A stretch of 64,000 nucleotides of DNA from an uncultured Clostridia bacterium (GCA_944376905.1 CALWEA010000001.1:72610-136609), one strand, 5' to 3'. Shown: positions 39,195 to 48,957, counted from the first letter of the stretch. Notes: generated by a model not told the origin, from the sequence alone. Translations and numbers: made by a program.

Positions 39195-40982
39195 ATGAAA
39201 GAGATTTTAAATAAAGATTTAGAAAACAAAGATTTAAGCAGTGAGATGGTAAAAATTTTAAATAATAGATTTTTGTGTTATAGAGTTAATGATGAAAAGC
39301 ATGATGGTTTAAAATCAATTTTTTATAAAATTTACGACACAAAAACTAAAATCGTTTTTCCTTATATTTTTTTGTCTATTTCGAATTTTAACAAAAATGG
39401 TTACGCTTCGTGTGTTTTGCAAAATGGCCAAAAAGCAATTCTAAAAGTTGAAGACGTAAATGGAAATGTTAAAATAAGAATAATACCTGTTAATTTTACT
39501 TATATTTCCAGACCCAATGATTTAAATTTTTTTGTTGTTGAGGAAGAGGAACATAAACAAGCGAAACGACAAGATAGCAAATTACCTCAATCAACATTAA
39601 TAAATTGTGTTAATTCATCTAATCAAAGTAATCTGCGTAAAAGTAAAGATAAATCTCTAACTAAATTGAAAATAATTTCAATACAAAATGATAAAATTGT
39701 TGAAATTTGTTTATTGCCATTAGGAACGTCGGTTGTTGATTTTGATGAAAATGTTTTTTTATTGAAAAATTTTGATAATGAATATTATTATGCAACCATA
39801 AAATTAAATAATGAAAATATTGTTGATAAAGATATTAAAGAAAACAAGCGACAAGAAAAAGTAGATATTAACAATGAATCATTAAATTTTTGTTCATACA
39901 AAATTGATTTTGATACAAATAAATTTGCCTTTGCATCTATGTTTAAAAATTCTTTTGCAATTTGTCAATTTAAAGATGGAACTTATGGTTTTCTTAAATT
40001 AAAACTTGATAACAGTCTTTACGTTTATGACGAATGTTACAAATTATGTTTTCAACCTATTAATAATATAGCGCGTGTTTTAACTTCTAATGATAAATAT
40101 TGTTATGTTCACTTACGAGAATTTGATGTTTGTCCTATTTCTGGACTGTTTGATTTTTGTGAAGATGTTAGTAATGAAAACATAGGAGTTGCTCTTCAAA
40201 AAGATATTCATGCAGGTTTTTCCAACTGTTTTATTAAATTTTCACAACGTGAAAATGGTTCTATTGAAACTATACCTTTGAAAGCAAATACGTTTCGTAG
40301 ATTAAAAAAAGATGATGGTAAATTAATAAAAACATGTTTTTTTAAAAAGTGTAATAATTTTTCTAATGGTGTAGGAAGCGTTGTTAATGATGACGAGCAA
40401 AGTGTTAGTTTAGTTTATTGCGATAAAAATCATTTAATAATTGATAGTCAAAAATTTTTATTTGTTGGAAAAACAGAGAATGGCGTTGTTAATGTTGTTG
40501 ACACTTTTGGAAAACATGATTATCTAATTGAAGAAGAAGTTGAAAAAAACAACGTGTCTTCAACGCCTGTTTTAAAAACTTTTAAACGTTTAAATTTAAA
40601 TATAAAAAATGCTTCTTCTGTAAATAATGGTATAGGAATTATTACTGATAAATTTGGTAAGCAAAAATTTGTTAAATTTGAAAATCAACAAATTGTCAAA
40701 CAGTCTTCTTCTTTTAACAAGTGTTTTCCTTTTGAAAATGGTTTTGGAATTTGTAAGAAAAACAACCTTTATTATGTTGTTGATGAAAATCTTGATGTTT
40801 TACAATTTGATTCTTGTCTATTATTAGAAAGTGATGATTTACACTGCGTTTTAACTCCTTCTTGTAAAATTTTACAAGAATCTTCTTATTCAAACACTAA
40901 TATTACAAAACAAAATAAAATTAGTTCTTTATCAAATTCTACTAAACCTTCAAATGATAACATTCCATTTTTGACAATGTAG
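39195..40982 (+). CDS. Hypothetical protein with degenerate WG-like (KWG-type) repeats
   Basis: ATG 39195 follows GAGGA. The 43 upstream codons of the listed ORF are AT-spacer translation. Recurrent F-x-N-G-[FYIV]-[AG]-x-[VIC] units: FNKNGYASCVLQNG, FKNSFAICQFKDGTYGFL, FSNGVGSVVND, VNNGIGIITDKFG, FENGFGICKKNN. Confidence 0.45.
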   Translation: MKEILNKDLENKDLSSEMVKILNNRFLCYRVNDEKHDGLKSIFYKIYDTKTKIVFPYIFLSISNFNKNGYASCVLQNGQKAILKVEDVNGNVKIRIIPVNFTYISRPNDLNFFVVEEEEHKQAKRQDSKLPQSTLINCVNSSNQSNLRKSKDKSLTKLKIISIQNDKIVEICLLPLGTSVVDFDENVFLLKNFDNEYYYATIKLNNENIVDKDIKENKRQEKVDINNESLNFCSYKIDFDTNKFAFASMFKNSFAICQFKDGTYGFLKLKLDNSLYVYDECYKLCFQPINNIARVLTSNDKYCYVHLREFDVCPISGLFDFCEDVSNENIGVALQKDIHAGFSNCFIKFSQRENGSIETIPLKANTFRRLKKDDGKLIKTCFFKKCNNFSNGVGSVVNDDEQSVSLVYCDKNHLIIDSQKFLFVGKTENGVVNVVDTFGKHDYLIEEEVEKNNVSSTPVLKTFKRLNLNIKNASSVNNGIGIITDKFGKQKFVKFENQQIVKQSSSFNKCFPFENGFGICKKNNLYYVVDENLDVLQFDSCLLLESDDLHCVLTPSCKILQESSYSNTNITKQNKISSLSNSTKPSNDNIPFLTM

Positions 40983-41139
40983 TGTATTTAGTAAAAAAAT
41001 TACTAATTTAATTGCTATGAAAAAAATTTTTTGATATACTATTCTTATAAATTTTTAATTTATTAAATTATTAAAAATTATTAAAAAAAATTAATAAATA
41101 TAGTGGTATATTATTAATTTGATGTTAAAGGAGTTATTT

Positions 41140-41673
41140 ATGATTTTTTCTAATTTGAGCATTTTGCAAAATATTCTCTTTATTATTGCTTGTCTTTCTG
41201 TTCTTATTTTACTTATTTATTTTGTTCTTTCTTTTTTAAATTATAAAAATAAAAATAGAGAAATAACAGATGATATTGATAGTTCTGCTGAAGTTTATGA
41301 AAGTTTTTGGGGCTTTTTGTTTAATGCATTTAAAATAAAAGGTAGCGTTTTCTTTGTTGCTTTTGCGTCTTGTATTGCTTTTGTTATTTCTATTTATTTG
41401 CCAGTGTGGGCTGGTGTATTAATTGGCATTGTTGTTGGATTTGGTTTAACTCTTTTAATTGCTTTTTTAACAAGAGAACCTTTGGGAGAAGTTGGGGAAT
41501 TGGCAATTGTTAGTGTTGATATACCAGAAAAAAATCAAGGAAGTGGAAAAGTTATTTTACTTGATGACAACATGGAAGTTGATGCGGAAAGTTTGGGGAA
41601 AGCAATAAAAAAAGGCAAAAAAGTTATTGTCAAAGAACACCAGGCAAATAAAGTTTTTGTTGAAAAAAAATAA
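41140..41673 (+). CDS. NfeD-like membrane protein
   Basis: ATG 41140 follows AAAGGAG. Three TM helices, then a C-terminal OB-like segment GELAIVSVDIPEKNQGSGKVILLDDNMEVDAESLGKAIKKGKKVIVKE. Confidence 0.5.
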   Translation: MIFSNLSILQNILFIIACLSVLILLIYFVLSFLNYKNKNREITDDIDSSAEVYESFWGFLFNAFKIKGSVFFVAFASCIAFVISIYLPVWAGVLIGIVVGFGLTLLIAFLTREPLGEVGELAIVSVDIPEKNQGSGKVILLDDNMEVDAESLGKAIKKGKKVIVKEHQANKVFVEKK

Positions 41674-41831
41674 ATTTAAAAAAAATAAATTTAAAAAAAA
41701 TTCTTATAAAAAATAAATTTTTATTAAAATAAATTCTTTTCTATTGAATAAGAAGTATATTATATAAAAAATAATGTTTTTATATATTTTGGTTTTATGT
41801 ATTAATTTGCAATTTAGTTAAAGGAGAGCAA

Positions 41832-43295
41832 ATGAAAAGATATATTATAGCCATTGATGAAGGAACAACAAGTTGTCGTGCAGGACTTTTTGACATTAAA
41901 AAAAATAAATTTTTAACGATTCAATCTAAATCATTTAAAATAAATTATCCTAATAATGCTTGGGTTGAGTTTGATGCTAATGAAATTTGGGAAAAACAAA
42001 AATCTGTTTTGTTAGAAATTATTAAAACCGTTGACATTGATGAAATTTTTTCATTGGGTTTAACTAATCAGCGTGAAAGTGTTGTTGCTTGGGACAAACG
42101 GAATGGTGAAGCGGTTTATCCTTCTATTTGTTGGCAATGTCGACGCACAGATGAAGATTGTTCAAAATTAGAAAAAAAATACAAACAAATAATACAAGAT
42201 AAAACAGGTTTAATAATTGACCCCTATTTTAGTGCGACAAAATTTCAATGGTTGTTAAACAATAATAAGCAAGTTAAATCACTTGCAAAAAGCGGAAATT
42301 TATGCTTAGGTACAATAGATAGTTTTTTAATTTTTAAATTAACAAATGGAAAAGTTTTTGCAACAGATACGACAAATGCTAGTAGAACAATGTTGTTTAA
42401 TTTAAAAAATTTAGATTGGGATAACGAACTTCTACGCATTTTTAAAATTAAGCGTGAATGGTTGCCTAAAATAGTTTCCTCTAGTGAGTTTATAGGAAAT
42501 TGCGAAATTTTTGAAAAGCCTATTTCAATATGTGGAGTTATAGGAGATCAACAATCGGCACTTGTTGGACAAAGTTGTTTTAAAAAAGGTATGGCAAAAA
42601 ACACTTATGGAACAGGTTGTTTCATGTTGATAAATACTGGTGATGAAATTGTTAAAAAAAATAATTTAATTTCAACCATTGCATACAGTGTTGGTGGAAA
42701 AACGACGTATGCTGTTGAAGGTAGTGTTTTAAATGCTGGTAGTTTGGTTGAGTGGTTGAAATCTATTGGTTTGATAAATAGTGCAGGTGAGACTCAGAAA
42801 ATGGCTATGGAATGTCAGGATAATGGTGGAGTTTATTTGGTTCCTGCGTTTACTGGGTTAGGTGCACCGTATTGGGACACAAAATCTCGAGGAGCGTTTT
42901 TGGGAATAACGAGAGCAACAACAAAAAATCACTTAGTTCGTGCTGTTTTGGAAAGTATGGCTTATTCGACTTATGATATAATTTCTGCCTTAGATGATAA
43001 ATTTTTAAAAGAAATGCGTTGTGATGGCGGTGCGTCTAATAATGAATTTTTAATGCAATTTCAAAGTGATTTGCTAAATATAAATATTAAACTTCCAAAA
43101 ATATTTGAAAGTACTTTATTAGGGGCGGTTTATATGGCGGGCTTATCAAGTGGTGCGTATAAAAATTTTGAAGAAATAGAAAATAAGTGGCAACAGGTCA
43201 AAGAATTTAAACCTTTAATGGATAAAAAACAAAGAAAACTTTTGATTAGTCAATGGCATGATTCAATAAATAGAGTTCTAGTTAAAAACAAATAA
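41832..43295 (+). CDS. glpK: Glycerol kinase
   Basis: AIDEGTTSCRAGLF, NQRESVVAWD, GDQQSALVGQ, YGTGCF and DGGASNN: FGGY-family motifs in the GlpK arrangement. Confidence 0.9.
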   Translation: MKRYIIAIDEGTTSCRAGLFDIKKNKFLTIQSKSFKINYPNNAWVEFDANEIWEKQKSVLLEIIKTVDIDEIFSLGLTNQRESVVAWDKRNGEAVYPSICWQCRRTDEDCSKLEKKYKQIIQDKTGLIIDPYFSATKFQWLLNNNKQVKSLAKSGNLCLGTIDSFLIFKLTNGKVFATDTTNASRTMLFNLKNLDWDNELLRIFKIKREWLPKIVSSSEFIGNCEIFEKPISICGVIGDQQSALVGQSCFKKGMAKNTYGTGCFMLINTGDEIVKKNNLISTIAYSVGGKTTYAVEGSVLNAGSLVEWLKSIGLINSAGETQKMAMECQDNGGVYLVPAFTGLGAPYWDTKSRGAFLGITRATTKNHLVRAVLESMAYSTYDIISALDDKFLKEMRCDGGASNNEFLMQFQSDLLNINIKLPKIFESTLLGAVYMAGLSSGAYKNFEEIENKWQQVKEFKPLMDKKQRKLLISQWHDSINRVLVKNK

Positions 43296-43529
43296 TTATT
43301 AAATCTTTTATTTCTTAATTGAATTAATATCTTTAAATTAATATTTTTAATTGTGTTTAGTTAAAAATAATTATTGATTTAATTTTATTAATCTATTAAT
43401 TAAACTAATTTGGTTGTTGATTTTTTATTTAATATTAAAAAAATTATAGTCAAATTACATTAAAAATTTTAATATAATAAGTTGGTTAAATTTTTTAATT
43501 AATGTAAATAATATTGAAAAGGAAATTTT

Positions 43530-44414
43530 ATGAAAAAAAATAAGTTTATTTGTTATGACGACACAGAATTACAAGGTTATCTTTTTGAAGTTGATAATCC
43601 TAAAGGTGTTGTTCAAATAGCACACGGTATGCAAGAATATTCTAAAACATATTTTAAATTTGCACAATTTTTAAATAAAAAAGGTTATATTGTTTACATG
43701 ATTGACCAAAGAGGACATGGAAAATCTTGTAAAAATATTTCTGAATTAGGAAAAGTTAAAGGTGATATTTTTAATCAAACAGTTGCAGACCAATTGAGAG
43801 TTTCTGAAATGTTATTTGAAAAATATAATAAGCCAATTTATTTTATTGGTCATTCCTATGGTTCGTTTATTGGACAAAAATATTTAACCCAAAACAAACA
43901 TGCTAAAAAAATAATTTTAATTGGTTCTGCTTATATGAAAACTATGTTAGTTAGATTCGCTAAATTAGTTGCCAATTTAACATGTCTGTTTAAAGGTAAG
44001 GATGCAAATGCTAAGTTAATTGAAAAGTTAAGTTTTGAATCTTATAAAAAAAGTTTCGATAATGCATCTTGGATAACTTCTAGTAGTGAAGAAACAGATG
44101 CTTTTTATAGCGATGAATTAAACGGAACTCCTTTTTCTGCGGGGTTTTATAAATATATGTTTAGCAATCAGTTAAAATTATATAAAAACTTAAATTTAAT
44201 TGATAAAAATTTGCCAATAGGTATTTTTAGTGGTGGCTATGACCCTGTTGGAGATTTTGGCAAAAGTGTTTGTAAATTATTTAATGTTTATAATAAAAAC
44301 AATTTAAATGTTAGTTTAAAAATTTATTCTAAAATGCGTCATGGAATATTGCAAGAAATAAATAAACAACAAGTTTTTGATGATATTTTAAAGTTTATTG
44401 AAAATGAAGAATAA
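43530..44414 (+). CDS. Alpha/beta hydrolase, lysophospholipase/monoacylglycerol-lipase-like
   Basis: VVQIAHGMQEYSKTY...DQRGHGKS and the nucleophile elbow GHSYGS. Confidence 0.7.
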   Translation: MKKNKFICYDDTELQGYLFEVDNPKGVVQIAHGMQEYSKTYFKFAQFLNKKGYIVYMIDQRGHGKSCKNISELGKVKGDIFNQTVADQLRVSEMLFEKYNKPIYFIGHSYGSFIGQKYLTQNKHAKKIILIGSAYMKTMLVRFAKLVANLTCLFKGKDANAKLIEKLSFESYKKSFDNASWITSSSEETDAFYSDELNGTPFSAGFYKYMFSNQLKLYKNLNLIDKNLPIGIFSGGYDPVGDFGKSVCKLFNVYNKNNLNVSLKIYSKMRHGILQEINKQQVFDDILKFIENEE

Positions 44415-44460
44415 AAATTTATAATTATTAACTATTAATCTAAAAAAGGATATAATATAT

Positions 44461-44476
44461 TTAGATTTTTATCTAA
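44461..44476. promoter_or_regulatory. Copy 2 (variant) of the palindrome: TTAGATTTTTATCTAA, 30 nt upstream of the rluA-family start codon
   Basis: Exact string at 44461..44476. Confidence 0.4.
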
Positions 44477-44505
44477 TTATTGAATATTAATTAAAATTTA
44501 TAAAA

Positions 44506-45369
44506 ATGATAAAAAAGGTTATTATTAACTCAAAAGAACAAACTGTTAAAAATTTAATTTTATTATCTTTCCCACAATTAAACTCTAAACAAATTTTAAA
44601 AATTTTTAAAAATAAAGATATTAAAATAAATGGGGTAAGAATAAAAGAAAATTTGTTGTTAAAAAAAGAAGATGTTGTTGAGTTGTTTGTTGACGAAAAA
44701 CTTTTTCAATTTAATCCTAAAATTGTTTATGAAGATGAAAATATTTTAATAGTTGAAAAGCCTATTAAGTGTGAAACGGTTAGTTTAGACAAAAACGCCT
44801 ATACACTTGAAAAAATTATTCAAATTAATTACCCTAATGCAAGAGTTTTGCATAGACTTGATATTAATACAAAAGGGTTGGTTATATTTTCTCTAAATAA
44901 CAAATCATATGATTGTTTGTTAAAGATATTTAAAAATCATGAAATTGAAAAATATTATAAAGCAGTTGTTTGTGGGAAAAATGTTGAAAATTTTGCTGTT
45001 TTAAAAGATTACATAACAAAAAATACATCTAAAAATATAGTTGAAGTTAGTAATAAAAAAATTTCAAATAATTCCCGTTTTGCCATATTAGAATATAAAT
45101 GTTTACAACAAAAAAATGAACTGTTTTTAATTTGTATTAAACTTATAACAGGAAGAACACATCAAATCCGTGCACAATTGGCTAAACATGGTATTTTTGT
45201 TGTTGGAGATGGTAAATATGGAGATAAAATTATTAATCGACAATACAATATAAAATATCAACAACTTTGTGCTTACAAATTAAAATTTAAAATACAAAGT
45301 AATTCTTTATTGAAATATTTAAATAACTTAGATTTTGAAATTGAATGTAACTTTGATTGTTTTAAATAA
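44506..45369 (+). CDS. RluA-family 23S rRNA pseudouridine synthase (S4-like N-terminus)
   Basis: HRLDINTKGLVIFS catalytic Asp motif and GRTHQIRAQLA motif. Confidence 0.8.
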   Translation: MIKKVIINSKEQTVKNLILLSFPQLNSKQILKIFKNKDIKINGVRIKENLLLKKEDVVELFVDEKLFQFNPKIVYEDENILIVEKPIKCETVSLDKNAYTLEKIIQINYPNARVLHRLDINTKGLVIFSLNNKSYDCLLKIFKNHEIEKYYKAVVCGKNVENFAVLKDYITKNTSKNIVEVSNKKISNNSRFAILEYKCLQQKNELFLICIKLITGRTHQIRAQLAKHGIFVVGDGKYGDKIINRQYNIKYQQLCAYKLKFKIQSNSLLKYLNNLDFEIECNFDCFK

Positions 45370-45430
45370 AAAATATTTTAAATTTTAATATTAAATTATA
45401 TGATTTTTAAAAGATAAAGAAAGATAGAAA

Positions 45431-45457
45431 AAGGACTTTTAAAAAGTTCTTTTTTTG
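45431..45457 (+). terminator. Putative terminator after the rluA-family gene
   Basis: AAGGACTT / AAGTTCTT stem with one G-U pair, followed by T7. Confidence 0.45.
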
Positions 45458-45632
45458 TTTACAATAAAAGTGTAATAATAATTTTTTAATTTTTTTAAAT
45501 TATATAGTAATTAATTAAAAAAATTATATTTTTTGTATTAGAAAAATTTTATAAAAATAATTTAACTTAATAATAACAATTTTCAAATTAAAAACATAAT
45601 GTGATTTAGAAAAGATTATTAGGATAAAATTC

Positions 45633-46853
45633 ATGGACGTTTTATTTGCATTTGGTTTAACATTGTTAGCAGGTGTTTCAACTGGTATAGGGAGTTTATT
45701 TGCTTTTTTTACAAAAAGAAACAATCAAAAATTTTTGGCAGTAACATTAGGGTTTTCTGCTGGTGTTATGATTTATGTTTCAATGATAGAAATTTTTCAA
45801 AAAGCCCAAACATCAATTTCAGGTGAAGTTGGTTCTTATGCGGGTTCATGGATAACTGTTGGTGCATTTTTTCTTGGTATTGTTTTTATTGCTATGCTGG
45901 ACAAATTTTTGCCAAAAGAAAAAGACGTTTATCAACTTAGTGGTAATCGTCAAAAAAAGCAATATTTAAAAAAGTTACAACATTCAAATATCATTAATAA
46001 AAATTCAAAATATAAAATTAATAACATCTTACTTAAACAGAAAAAAAATCATAAATTATATAAACTATATAATATTAATAACGTTAAAATAATTAATGAA
46101 AAAATTTCAAATATAAAATTAAGTAGAAAAATATCAAACAAAAAAATATCAAATATAACAATAGCGGATAAAACAATAACAAATAAAACAATAACAAATA
46201 AAACAATAACAGATAGAACAATAACAGATAAAATAAAAAATAAAATAAAAAAAAATAAAACAACATTAATAAAACAAGATAATAAAAAAATTTTAAAAAG
46301 TAAATACAATTTAAAACCAAATCATTTACTTGTTAAAAAAAACAATATTAATTTTGACAATCAATATAATACTTTAACTTTTACTAAATCAAAAAAACAG
46401 CAGAAGCTTTTGCGAATGGGTATTTTTACAGCATTAGCAATTTCTATTCATAATTTCCCAGAAGGTTTGGCAACATTTATGTCTGCGCTTCAAGACCCGC
46501 AAATTGCTGTTGCTGTTGCTATTGCCATTGCGATTCATAACATTCCAGAAGGTATAGCGGTTGCAATGCCTATATATTATGCAACTGGTAACAGAAAAAA
46601 AGCATTTTTATTTTCTTTTTTGTCGGGATTAACTGAACCGATAGGTGCATTGATTGGTTATTTGATTTTTCTTCCTATTATGAGTGATTTAGTTTTTGGA
46701 ATAGTTTTCGCTTCTGTTGCAGGAATTATGGTTTTTATCTCACTAGACGAATTGTTGCCAGCGTCTAGAGAATATGGAAAACCTTATTTATCAATGTATG
46801 GATTAATCGGTGGTATGTTAATTATGGCATTAAGTTTATTGCTTTTTATGTAA
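45633..46853 (+). CDS. zupT: ZIP-family zinc transporter ZupT with ~150-aa Lys/Asn/Ile/Thr-rich insertion
   Basis: N-terminus MDVLFAFGLTLLAGVSTGIGSLFAF...GFSAGVMIYVS. C-terminal half HNFPEGLA...AIAIHNIPEGIAVAMPIY. These are ZupT signatures. Confidence 0.75.
   Translation: MDVLFAFGLTLLAGVSTGIGSLFAFFTKRNNQKFLAVTLGFSAGVMIYVSMIEIFQKAQTSISGEVGSYAGSWITVGAFFLGIVFIAMLDKFLPKEKDVYQLSGNRQKKQYLKKLQHSNIINKNSKYKINNILLKQKKNHKLYKLYNINNVKIINEKISNIKLSRKISNKKISNITIADKTITNKTITNKTITDRTITDKIKNKIKKNKTTLIKQDNKKILKSKYNLKPNHLLVKKNNINFDNQYNTLTFTKSKKQQKLLRMGIFTALAISIHNFPEGLATFMSALQDPQIAVAVAIAIAIHNIPEGIAVAMPIYYATGNRKKAFLFSFLSGLTEPIGALIGYLIFLPIMSDLVFGIVFASVAGIMVFISLDELLPASREYGKPYLSMYGLIGGMLIMALSLLLFM
46165..46232 (+). 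repeat. 15-bp in-frame tandem repeat (about 4.3 units) encoding (KTITN/D)n inside zupT
   Basis: The sequence gataaaacaataacaaataaaacaataacaaataaaacaataacagatagaacaataacagataaa translates to DKTITNKTITNKTITDRTITDK. Confidence 0.85.
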
Positions 46854-46870
46854 TTGTAATTAATTATTTT

Positions 46871-46953
46871 TTAATTATTTAATTCATTTTCCATTCATTA
46901 ATTACTTAAATTACTTAATTATTTAATTCATTTATTCATTCATTAATTACTTA
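46871..46953. repeat. ~39-bp direct repeat x2 in AT spacer
   Basis: ttaattatttaattcatttNNcattcattaattactta occurs at 46871..46908 and 46915..46953. Confidence 0.6.
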
Positions 46954-47380
46954 TTTATTTAATTAATTATTTATTATATATATTTTTTTAGTTTTTTAAT
47001 TTTCTTTTTTAGTTTTATTGTTAATATTTAATAATTATAAGTTTTTATTCTTATATCTTTGTTATTTATTATTGGTTAATTAATTTACTTTTCTATTAAT
47101 TAGTCTCTTTGTATTGTTTTTTTATTTATTTATTTATTATAACTTTAAAGATATGAGAATATTTGAATAATTTTTTAATAATAAAAAATATATAATAAAA
47201 TTATGAAATATAAATATAAAAATTTTATATATCAATATTTTAAAATACAAAAAATTAATTTTAAAAGTATTATTTTGATTTTAATATATGTTAATTTAAA
47301 ATAAAAAACAATAATTTGTTTGTTTTATACAATAAAATTAATAAAAATTACAAAAATTTAAAAATTATTAAAAAAGGGAC

Positions 47381-47409
47381 TTTACAAATAAATATTTTTA
47401 TGATATACT
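47381..47409 (+). promoter_or_regulatory. Near-consensus sigma-A-type promoter (TTTACA-17-TATACT)
   Basis: -35 at 47381..47386 and -10 at 47404..47409, about 35 nt upstream of ATG 47444. Confidence 0.45.
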
Positions 47410-47443
47410 CACTCTAAGAAAATAAGTGTAAAGGAGATATATT

Positions 47444-47653
47444 ATGACAATTGAAATTAGTACACATAATTCTGTTATGAAAAATTTATGCGTTGAAAGA
47501 GTTGTTGTTGCTGGAAACGTTACAGAAAAAAGAAAAATAGTTGATAGTCCATTTAGAGATAATAATTTAATTTCTTCTAAATATGCGGTTTTAAACAAAG
47601 CGCAAAATTTAACTTCTGCTTATTCTCGTAAACAACAAGAAAAAACATTATAA
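47444..47653 (+). CDS. Small hypothetical protein (69 aa)
   Basis: Strong RBS AAAGGAGA 7 nt upstream and its own promoter. No family recognised. Confidence 0.45.
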   Translation: MTIEISTHNSVMKNLCVERVVVAGNVTEKRKIVDSPFRDNNLISSKYAVLNKAQNLTSAYSRKQQEKTL

Positions 47654-47804
47654 TATAGATAAAAATAAACAGTATAATACTGCTTATTTTTTTATTTTAA
47701 AATATTTTTAAATTTTAATTGTTTTTTCTCTTTTTATCTTGTATAATAATGAAGATTAAGTAAATTTTTTTATTAAAATATCAAATTGAAAAAAGAGGTT
47801 TAAA

Positions 47805-48140
47805 GTGGAAGCAGAGTTAAAGGTAAGTCAGTTTGTTTATCCGGCTATTTTTGTTAAAAATGAAGATGTGGTTGCTGTTAATTTTCCTGACCTTGGCATA
47901 ACAACAGATGGTGAATCATACGAAGAAGCATTTTTGTTTGCAAAAGATTTTTTGCATGCTTATATTCTTTATGCATTAAGGTGTGATGTTGAATTGCCTG
48001 AACCATCTTTTTTTGCAGATATTGATGATAAAAATATTTTTAATAAGGTTATGTTATTGGATACATTGATTTTTTCTAATGACCTTGAAAATAAAAATTT
48101 AGAAGAAAGTTATGATGAAGACCTTTTTGAAGATATTTAA
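47805..48140 (+). CDS. HicB-like (UPF0150) antitoxin-fold protein without DNA-binding domain
   Basis: YPAIFVKNEDVVAVNFPDLGITTDGESYEEAFLFAKDFLHAYILYAL...ELPEPS matches the HicB N-terminal fold pattern (..y.v.fPDlpg..t.G.t.eEA...a.eal). Acidic C-tail. Confidence 0.5.
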   Translation: MEAELKVSQFVYPAIFVKNEDVVAVNFPDLGITTDGESYEEAFLFAKDFLHAYILYALRCDVELPEPSFFADIDDKNIFNKVMLLDTLIFSNDLENKNLEESYDEDLFEDI

Positions 48141-48160
48141 AGTAAACTAATTTCAATAAT

Positions 48161-48198
48161 AAAAAATAATTGCGTTAATAAAATGGCAATTATTTTTT
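48161..48198. terminator. Bidirectional terminator between convergent genes
   Basis: AAAAAATAATTGC-gttaataaaatg-GCAATTATTTTTT. Confidence 0.6.
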
Positions 48199-48227
48199 TT
48201 AACCCATCATTTATACTTAACTTAAAC

Positions 48228-48875
48228 CTATCTAACAATAGGGTATATTGGTTGGTTAAAGAAATTAGGGCAAGATTGTTGAGAATTGTCTAATTCATGG
48301 CATGGTGGCAAACAAGGATAACCAAATGATGGAACCAAAATGTCAACCCTTGCTAAAACTTTGATAATAATTTGTAAGCAACCGGTTACATTTAATGTAG
48401 TGTCATTTGTTAATGTTCCTATTTGTCCTGAGAAAAAAGCACTTGCACTAACTTGAAGCGGGGTTAAAGAGTCAGTTGGCATGAAAAGTACAACTGATTT
48501 GTTGACAACGATTGATGCACTTGCTGTAACGGGTTTCCCGTTAGCATCTGTAAAATTAACTTGAAGAGGGATAGTTATTGTTAAACTAACATTTGCAAAA
48601 TTTGGTCTTCCCTCAATTCTTTCAATACTTGTTGCGGTTATTGTTGCTGGTTGTGTTGGTATGCTGTCAGCGGTTACGAATGTCAGCGGATAAGTTGGAC
48701 TGGCTGGATTAAAATTAGTTAAATTTAAAGTGTATTGAACGTTATCTTCTCTTGATAAACATGCATCAAAAACTTTATCAACCTCTATTAAAACTTTTTC
48801 ACATATATTGTTTAATGCTCCTGAGTTAATAGAGCAAGGTCTGTTAGGATTTGAATTATTTATATAAAAAGACAT
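48228..48875 (-). CDS. Cysteine-bracketed, T/S/P/N-rich beta-type protein of unknown family (candidate structural/spore-surface subunit)
   Basis: Strong RBS AGGAGG 7 nt upstream. Lies 82 nt downstream of ftsW/spoVE on the same strand. Three Cys in the first 39 aa, four in the last 45 aa and none between. Visibly higher G+C and far fewer Lys/Asn/Ile residues than its neighbours. Confidence 0.6.
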   Translation of the reverse strand: MSFYINNSNPNRPCSINSGALNNICEKVLIEVDKVFDACLSREDNVQYTLNLTNFNPASPTYPLTFVTADSIPTQPATITATSIERIEGRPNFANVSLTITIPLQVNFTDANGKPVTASASIVVNKSVVLFMPTDSLTPLQVSASAFFSGQIGTLTNDTTLNVTGCLQIIIKVLARVDILVPSFGYPCLPPCHELDNSQQSCPNFFNQPIYPIVR

Positions 48876-48957
48876 ATTATACCTCCTGTCATATAAGTTT
48901 ATGATATTGCAATTGTTATTGTTACTTTATTTTATTTTCTTTTATTTTATTCGTTAT

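Noticed and set aside
46049-46320. Two minus-strand ORFs (86 and 75 aa) rich in Leu/Phe
   Set aside because: They are antisense to the zupT repeat insertion. They are open only because the (AAAACAATAACAAAT)n repeat lacks stop codons on the opposite strand.
47444-47653. The 69-aa ORF as the HicA partner of the HicB-like gene
   Set aside because: It shows no HicA hallmarks, and a 151-nt gap replaces the usual overlap or short spacing.
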